From positions 1-52,568 of the forward strand of contig CALVIU010000058.1 in assembly GCA_944331835.1 (NCBI GenBank): a stretch of 52,568 nucleotides of DNA, in the 5' to 3' direction. The DNA is from an uncultured Bacilli bacterium (GTDB taxonomy: Bacteria; Bacillota_I; Bacilli_A; RF39; UBA660). Below the pieces are notes generated by a model. The model was not told the DNA's origin and did not search any database. It saw only the letters and a program-made list of their open reading frames with translations. Positions within the stretch are counted from its first letter, which is position 1. Every line of letters begins with the position of its first letter. A program made the position numbers and the translations under genes. This document shows positions 1 through 6,112 of the stretch, piece after piece.

Positions 1-192
1 GTAACTAAATTACGATGTAACATTTTTCCTTAAAATTGACTTACTATTTTTGTAACATTTTCGCTTGTAAATCACAAATTTTACGTTTCTTTTTCAAAAA
101 AAAGTCTTACATTTTAGATATACTTACATTTTAACTATTGGAACTATTCTTAAAATATGTTAATATTAATATAAAGATAAGGAGGAATTACT

Positions 193-1215
193 TTGGCTAG
201 GAAATTTTTTAATCAGAGAGTAAAAGGTTCTTCTAATAAATCGATGATTGCTTATATAATTGTTGGAGCTTGTATTATTCTAATATTTGTAGCTGTCATA
301 ATGGTTGTGATATTTAGCAATAGTTCGCCACAGGAAGATTCAATAATTGAAATTAGAGATGTAGTTACTGTTGAAATAAATAGCGAAGTTCCAGACAAAA
401 CATTATTCTTTGCAGAATTGCAAAATGTTAGTGAGGATGATATCAATGTATCATTTACTGATGTAGATTTAACTAAAGTTGGAGAGTATCCGGTAGAAAT
501 TGAAGTTTATGGAGAAACTTATGAATCAAAAGTTGCGGTTGTTGATACAGAAGCTCCAGTATTAACTGTAAGAAATTATAACATTGATACTGGGGGTAGT
601 TATAGTGCTGATGATTTTGTTGAAAGTTGTACTGACAATAGTGGCGAAGAATGTATAGTTGAATTCTATAGCTTAGGAATGGATCAAGCTGGAAATACAA
701 TCGATTTTAGCTCATTTGTTGCAGAGGGCATATATAGTGTACAAATAATTGCAAGCGATTCATCAGGAAACTCTACTTCTCCAATTACTGCACAATTGAC
801 AATTGGAGATTCTGGTGAAACACAACAACCAACTTATTGTAATTTTGGTAATTCAGAGTATGATTCAAACACTTATATCTTAGGTGTTAATGTTACCCAA
901 AATGGATGTGCATTAGATTTAAATCTTTACTACAATGAACAAGTTACTGCTCCAGCATACGATTTAATAAATAGTGATACTGAAAGAATTAAAAAAGAAA
1001 TTAGTAAAATTAATATTTCAAATGTTAAACAATTACATTTTGATAGAGAAATAAATCCAGTTTTAAATACTGCTGGTACCGGTCTTGTTGGATATACTGT
1101 TCATCAAACGTTAACAATTGAATATAACGACGGCAGTACTGAATTAGTAGCTGATTATTATATTAACACTGACGGAAACAGAGTTTATTCAGTAAATAAA
1201 TTTAATTTAGCTTAA
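193..1215 (+). CDS. N-terminally membrane-anchored extracellular protein with Ig-like (DUF5011/HYR-type) repeats, function unknown
   Basis: 340-aa ORF with a TTG start 7 nt after AAGGAGG. One N-terminal TM helix (IAYIIVGACIILIFVAVIMVVIF). Segments such as TEAPVLTV...GGSYSADDFV...GIYSVQIIASDSSGNS resemble bacterial Ig-like surface repeats. A hairpin plus T-run follows the stop. Confidence 0.6.
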   Translation: MARKFFNQRVKGSSNKSMIAYIIVGACIILIFVAVIMVVIFSNSSPQEDSIIEIRDVVTVEINSEVPDKTLFFAELQNVSEDDINVSFTDVDLTKVGEYPVEIEVYGETYESKVAVVDTEAPVLTVRNYNIDTGGSYSADDFVESCTDNSGEECIVEFYSLGMDQAGNTIDFSSFVAEGIYSVQIIASDSSGNSTSPITAQLTIGDSGETQQPTYCNFGNSEYDSNTYILGVNVTQNGCALDLNLYYNEQVTAPAYDLINSDTERIKKEISKINISNVKQLHFDREINPVLNTAGTGLVGYTVHQTLTIEYNDGSTELVADYYINTDGNRVYSVNKFNLA

Positions 1216-1220
1216 AATAA

Positions 1221-1254
1221 AAACGCTTCTCAAATAAATAGGAAGTGTTTTTTG
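1221..1254 (+). terminator. Rho-independent terminator after the 193..1215 gene
   Basis: AAACGCTTC / GAAGTGTTT stem (one G-U pair) followed by a T-run at 1248-1253. Confidence 0.6.
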
Positions 1255-1260
1255 TTCAAT

Positions 1261-1284
1261 TAAAAAGATTGCTTGTATGCAATC
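1261..1284 (-). terminator. Rho-independent terminator after the thioredoxin-like gene
   Basis: GATTGC-ttgtat-GCAATC hairpin (1267-1284). On the minus strand it is followed by TTTTTA. It lies 14 nt downstream of the stop at 1298. Confidence 0.55.
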
Positions 1285-1297
1285 CGTTTTACATAAA

Positions 1298-1906
1298 TTA
1301 TTTTTTTCTTGAATAAAGTACTAAACCACCAAATCCAAGAATAAGAATACCAAATATTATAGCAACTATTGCACCATCACTTAAACCAGCATCGGGATCT
1401 TCACCATTTAAACCAACTACTGATGCTCCAATTTCTGAAGCAGCTTCTTCTAAAGAAGTTTCAGCAGGATCTAGATTTTCTTCTTCAATTATTTGATTAA
1501 CATAATCAACATAAGATTCATCTTCATAAGCGTTTAGCGCTTCTTCAATTATGTCGGTTCCATCAGTACCAAATCCTAATTGATCAAAGTTATTACCGAT
1601 GACTATATAAGGGACACTCCCATCTACTTCTTCTCCCATTCTTTCTTTTACTGTTGTCATCAATTCATAATTGTCAGCGTTACTTACTTCATAAGTCACT
1701 ATTTCAAAATAATCTTGATATTTATAATAGTTTTCAGCAAAATATTCTAAGAAATCATGACAGTGTCCACAAGTTTTACTTCTAAATAAGTATATTGTAA
1801 CTTTTTCATGATCAGTTATTACCGGCAAATCATCTTCTGCTGCTTTAACATTTGGCATTAATGCTAAACTTAATGCTACTAGCACACCTAAAAAAACTTT
1901 TTTCAT
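1298..1906 (-). CDS. Secreted, C-terminally anchored thioredoxin-fold thiol-disulfide oxidoreductase with a CGHC active site
   Basis: Signal peptide MKKVFLGVLVALSLALMPNVKA. Motif FRSKTCGHCHDF (CxxC = CGHC). C-terminal TM helix plus a basic tail (IVAIIFGILILGFGGLVLYSRKK). GGGAGG RBS 4 nt before the ATG. Confidence 0.75.
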   Translation of the reverse strand: MKKVFLGVLVALSLALMPNVKAAEDDLPVITDHEKVTIYLFRSKTCGHCHDFLEYFAENYYKYQDYFEIVTYEVSNADNYELMTTVKERMGEEVDGSVPYIVIGNNFDQLGFGTDGTDIIEEALNAYEDESYVDYVNQIIEEENLDPAETSLEEAASEIGASVVGLNGEDPDAGLSDGAIVAIIFGILILGFGGLVLYSRKK

Positions 1907-1973
1907 TTTTCCTCCCTATCGTCAATTATACTTTTTTTGTCGTTATTTGTAAAGATTAGATAATGAATAATTA

Positions 1974-2023
1974 GTGAAAACGAATATTTTTTATGAAGTA
2001 ATACAGTTTTCTTTCGTTTTCAC
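1974..2023. repeat. Perfect 11-bp inverted repeat GTGAAAACGAA / TTCGTTTTCAC with a 28-nt spacer
   Basis: Arms at 1974-1984 and 2013-2023. It sits between the hydrogenase stop (2105) and the thioredoxin-like gene start (1906). Confidence 0.7.
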
Positions 2024-2104
2024 AGTTTTTAAAATTCCATACGTTTCAATGAACTAATATATTTTAGCAAATAATTAATGCTATAATTTCTTTTTCCATA
2101 TATA

Positions 2105-3331
2105 TTACTCTTTATTATGATTGGTATGCAGTTTAATATTTCTTTTATTTATATAACAGGTGTATGCATCACGAATTTCCGGGTTCATATAACTTTCTTT
2201 AATTTTTAAGCTCTTATCATCTTGATACATACTACTTATTCTTTCTTGACGTATCGAAGGCAAATCTTTTATGGCCACTAAAGGTTGACCGCCGCCGCCA
2301 ATACAACCACCAGGGCATGACATAACTTCAATGAAATCATAATTTTTTAACTTGTCATAATTTTTTTCAATTGTTGATACTTTGTTAACAACAGCGATTT
2401 TTAATTTAAATTCTTTCATATCAACTGTAGCTTCTTTTATATCTTTTTCACCACGGATTTCTAAAAATTCATAAAATTGTTCGGGAGCCTTTTCTTTATT
2501 AACCATGTAATAAGCCGTTCTTAAAATGGATTCCATTACACCACCAGATACACCGAATATGAGGCCACCACCCGATCCTTTTCCTAACAATTTATCAAAA
2601 GGTGCATCTTCTAAGTTTTGAAAATCTATTCCTAATTCCTGAATCATTAATATAAGTTCACTAGTTGTGATTACATAGTCGGTATCAGGGTATAGACTTC
2701 TTTCATATTTTTTAGAAATGCATGGAGTTAGGGAAACGGAAATTATTTTTTCTTTAGGTATTTCATACATTTCAGCAAAATACGATTTAATTATAGCCCC
2801 TTGCATAGCAATAGGGCTTTTACATGTACTTAAATTTTTTACAAGTTCGGGATGATATTTTTCAGAGTATAGAACCCAAGATGGACAACAACTTGTAAAC
2901 ATTGGCAGATTTTTATTTTGAATTCTTGTTAATAATTCACTTGATTCTTCCATAATTGTTAAATCAGCACCAAAAGTTGTATCAAAAACAAAATCAAAAC
3001 CAATTTGCTTTAAAGCACTTACCATTTTTCCTTCCAAAAATGATCCCGGAGGAAAACCAAAAGCATCACCAATAGCAACACGTACTGCTGGGGCTGTAAA
3101 AACAACAACAGTATAGTCAGTGTCATTTATAAAATTTAAGACTTTTTGATAATCATACTTGGGAGTTAAAGCACCACTTGGGCAAGTTAAAATACATTGC
3201 CCGCAGTTAATACAATCATTTTCAAAACCATTAATGCTTTTACATGTTTTTAAACACATTCCGCAGTTAATACACTTTTCTTCTATACGATTTAAACATA
3301 AATTATCTTCTTTTACTTCTACTCGATTCAT
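2105..3331 (-). CDS. [FeFe]-hydrogenase catalytic subunit, short monomeric form with two N-terminal 4Fe-4S ferredoxin motifs
   Basis: The three H-cluster signature motifs are present: FTSCCPSW (L1), TPCISKKYE (L2) and EVMSCPGGCIGGGGQP (L3). N-terminal CINCGMCLKTC and CINCGQCILTCP motifs. Confidence 0.88.
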   Translation of the reverse strand: MNRVEVKEDNLCLNRIEEKCINCGMCLKTCKSINGFENDCINCGQCILTCPSGALTPKYDYQKVLNFINDTDYTVVVFTAPAVRVAIGDAFGFPPGSFLEGKMVSALKQIGFDFVFDTTFGADLTIMEESSELLTRIQNKNLPMFTSCCPSWVLYSEKYHPELVKNLSTCKSPIAMQGAIIKSYFAEMYEIPKEKIISVSLTPCISKKYERSLYPDTDYVITTSELILMIQELGIDFQNLEDAPFDKLLGKGSGGGLIFGVSGGVMESILRTAYYMVNKEKAPEQFYEFLEIRGEKDIKEATVDMKEFKLKIAVVNKVSTIEKNYDKLKNYDFIEVMSCPGGCIGGGGQPLVAIKDLPSIRQERISSMYQDDKSLKIKESYMNPEIRDAYTCYINKRNIKLHTNHNKE

Positions 3332-3885
3332 TGTTCACTCCTGGTTAAAACTTTATAAGTCTTTACTAGTCTAACTAAAATCTCCTTTTCATCAATTTTT
3401 ATTTCATTAGTTGCAATAAGAGTTGCTAGGCCATTTGCATGTAGCCACATATTCATAAATAAGTTTTTAGCTTCTTCAAAACTATAACCATGTTTATTAA
3501 CTAAATTAATAATTGTTGATTGATTCCATTTTTCATCTAAAACATTTTCTAAACTTTTCCATTTTAAGTTGTTGCTTAGAAATAAACTAATAAATAAATT
3601 TTTATATTCTTGAGCAAATTCAACATAAGCAATACATAAAGTAATTAATGCTTTTTTATTATCAACTCGGCTAGTGATAAATTCATCATATTGATGAGAT
3701 ATTTCTTTATAAATATCTTCTTTTATTTCATCCATATTTTTATAAATACGATAAAGTGGTTTAGTAGATACTTTTAAGGCTGCTGCAAGGCTTCTAGCAT
3801 TTACGCTATCCCATCCTTTATCATTTACCATTTTTACAGCGACCTTAACAATATGGTCTTTACTAAGTTCTTTGATGGCTGGCAT
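3328..3885 (-). CDS. TetR/AcrR-family transcriptional regulator
   Basis: 185 aa. N-terminal HTH region (VAVKMVNDKGWDSVNARSLAAALKVSTKPLYRIYKNMDEI) typical of TetR. Its stop overlaps the hydrogenase start in an ATGA junction (3328-3331). Confidence 0.8.
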   Translation of the reverse strand: MPAIKELSKDHIVKVAVKMVNDKGWDSVNARSLAAALKVSTKPLYRIYKNMDEIKEDIYKEISHQYDEFITSRVDNKKALITLCIAYVEFAQEYKNLFISLFLSNNLKWKSLENVLDEKWNQSTIINLVNKHGYSFEEAKNLFMNMWLHANGLATLIATNEIKIDEKEILVRLVKTYKVLTRSEQ

Positions 3886-4104
3886 ATTATCACTCTCCCT
3901 CTAAAATAAGCATCATGGTAACTTATGTTTCTATTATACCACAAATATATTTTGATGAAAAGTAGTTGATTGGGTCTTATTTTGTCGATTTTTGTCGAAG
4001 CAAGAAAAATAGGCATTATCCACTCGGGATAACACTTATGTTTATTGAAAACTATCTTGTCTTTTTTATTATTTTGAACTATTATTATAATGGAGATGAT
4101 TGAT

Positions 4105-4956
4105 ATGAAGAAAATTTGTTTACTTATTTGTAGTTTAATATTGTTACCTAGTATTGTATCTGCCGAGACTACAGAACTTACTGATTATGAAATTAGTTGG
4201 GGGATGGATGATGATTATATATGTGGCACAAGATCTTTAGAAGAAACTTATGATTATACAAACAATACATGTATTGATTATGGTGAAGATGATATAGTAA
4301 TAGGTACATATACTAATAGTACATCAACATTCGAATTTAAAAGTAATGCTAGTGTGTATTTATATGGTAATGATGCATTAAGTAGTACGATTAAAATAAA
4401 TGGAAGTAATACAATTGATGTAATAAGAGGTGGTAATTATACCATTGTTGGTAGTGGAGAATTAACTATTAAAGGATTATATAATTATGTTTCTAGTACT
4501 GATGAAAATGGTAATAATTTATATTTTGTAGTATTTAATATTGATGGAAAACAACATATTGTAAAAGATAAAGATGGTAGTAAATTAACTGTTACAACAA
4601 GAGAAGAGTTTGCAAGTATTTTTGAGGATGTAAAAGAATATAATGAGTGGTTAGAAAATGTAGAATATAGTGAAGAAGAATATTCATTATATGAAGATAA
4701 TCATATGGAACCCACTACTATTGATGATGCATGGATTAGTGAGCATATATCTACAGATTTAGAAATAATTCATAACGATAATGGGTCAATTACTTTTAGA
4801 AGTAGTGATTATGCAAATGAACAAAATACTGATAATAATACAGGTAATAAATTAACTGAAGAAGATGATGACAAAGCTAATGTGATAGTACCAATTGTAA
4901 TACTTGCTAGTGCTGTATTAGTTGGGGGAGCATCATTAGTTATTAGAAGAAGATAA
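4105..4956 (+). CDS. Secreted surface protein, paralogue A (signal peptide plus C-terminal TM/RRR anchor), function unknown
   Basis: Start moved to the ATG at 4105 (MKKICLLICSLILLPSIVSA), which has GGAG 9 nt upstream. The track ORF starts at 4090 with no RBS. Homologous to the next gene (for example AWISEHISTDLEIIHNDNGSITFRSSD vs EWIVEHITTDMDVVYNEDGSVTFTSD). Ends VILASAVLVGGASLVIRRR. Confidence 0.65.
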   Translation: MKKICLLICSLILLPSIVSAETTELTDYEISWGMDDDYICGTRSLEETYDYTNNTCIDYGEDDIVIGTYTNSTSTFEFKSNASVYLYGNDALSSTIKINGSNTIDVIRGGNYTIVGSGELTIKGLYNYVSSTDENGNNLYFVVFNIDGKQHIVKDKDGSKLTVTTREEFASIFEDVKEYNEWLENVEYSEEEYSLYEDNHMEPTTIDDAWISEHISTDLEIIHNDNGSITFRSSDYANEQNTDNNTGNKLTEEDDDKANVIVPIVILASAVLVGGASLVIRRR

Positions 4957-4963
4957 AAATTTG

Positions 4964-4988
4964 AACACAAATTATTTTGTGTTTTTTT
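4964..4988 (+). terminator. Rho-independent terminator
   Basis: Perfect 8-bp stem AACACAAA-ttat-TTTGTGTT followed by TTTTT. Confidence 0.85.
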
Positions 4989-5045
4989 GTTGCATTTATT
5001 GATTTTAAAGTTAACTTGAAGTATTATTATAATAGAAAGGAGGTA

Positions 5046-6065
5046 ATGATGAAGAAAATAATTTTAAGTTTGTTAGTAGCATTTATGCTTGTTCCATCTG
5101 TAGTTAATGCTAGTACTGATGCATCCGATTCTGAGTTTTCTTGGAATTATGAAGAAATCGATACTGTTCCTGGTGTTGGAGTTTTTGCTGATACAATTTA
5201 TTTAATGGATGATGGTATTCCTTACCAAGAAATAAATGAAGAAGCAAATTTACTTGCTACTTATACAAGTGATGATGTATTAACATTTGCTCAAGATCAA
5301 GGATTTTATCTATTTGGTGGCGCTAAGGATAATACAACAATTGTTGTAAATGGAGACAATTTCATCAATGTAATATTAGATCAAACTTATGTAATATCTG
5401 GTGATGGTAGTTTAACTATTGATAGTTATAAATCAGCCGCAAGTGGTACTGGTTGGGTTTCTTACGATTTAACCGAAGAATGGATAGTAGAACACATTAC
5501 TACAGATATGGATGTAGTTTATAACGAGGATGGTTCTGTTACATTTACTAGCGATATAGCTATAAATAATAAGCTTGAAGCTAATGATGTAATTTTTGAA
5601 ACTACTGAATCTTTTGCTGACTCATATAAATTAGATGTAACTAATATATTGGATTCTGCAAGTGATGAATTAAAATCAGAAGTAAGTAATAATAATAAAA
5701 CATTAGTTGCTTTATATGATATTTCAGTAGTTGATGAAAATAACAGTGTTGTTCCAATGGAAGATGGAACATTTACTATCAGAATAAAACTTACTGATGA
5801 AATGCTTACATATGATGCCTTAACTGCCGCATATATACTAGATGGTAAAATAGTAGAAACATTTAATACTACTATTGATGGTGAATATGTAGTATTTAAT
5901 ACTACTCACTTAAGTGAATATGCTATACTTGGAGAAAATACTACTACTGATGAAGTAATAGAAAATCCAAGTACTGGTGATAATATAATGCAATATGCTA
6001 TTGTATTATGCTTAAGTGCTATTGGTATTGGTTATGTAGCATATACTTTAAGAAAAGAAAATTAA
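5046..6065 (+). CDS. Secreted surface protein, paralogue B, with a sortase-type NPSTG C-terminal sorting signal
   Basis: Start moved to the ATG at 5046 (MMKKIILSLLVAFMLVPSVVNA) behind GAAAGGAGG. The track start at 4977 lies inside the upstream terminator. The C-terminus IENPSTGDNIMQYAIVLCLSAIGIGYVAYTLRKEN combines an xPxTG motif, a hydrophobic span and a basic tail. Confidence 0.7.
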   Translation: MMKKIILSLLVAFMLVPSVVNASTDASDSEFSWNYEEIDTVPGVGVFADTIYLMDDGIPYQEINEEANLLATYTSDDVLTFAQDQGFYLFGGAKDNTTIVVNGDNFINVILDQTYVISGDGSLTIDSYKSAASGTGWVSYDLTEEWIVEHITTDMDVVYNEDGSVTFTSDIAINNKLEANDVIFETTESFADSYKLDVTNILDSASDELKSEVSNNNKTLVALYDISVVDENNSVVPMEDGTFTIRIKLTDEMLTYDALTAAYILDGKIVETFNTTIDGEYVVFNTTHLSEYAILGENTTTDEVIENPSTGDNIMQYAIVLCLSAIGIGYVAYTLRKEN

Positions 6066-6076
6066 TTGTATATTAA

Positions 6077-6112
6077 AACGCAAATAAGTTATATTGCTTA
6101 TCTGCGTTTTTT
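6077..6112. terminator. Bidirectional terminator between convergent genes
   Basis: 12-bp stem AACGCAAATAAG / CTTATCTGCGTT (one mismatch) followed by TTTTTTG on the plus strand. It overlaps the last codons of the minus-strand ATPase. Confidence 0.7.

Noticed and set aside
4977-5045. N-terminal extension of the 362-aa ORF (MCFFVAFIDFKV...).
   Set aside because: The proposed start sits inside the terminator hairpin of the upstream gene and has no RBS. The ATG at 5046 has GAAAGGAGG upstream and begins a canonical signal peptide.
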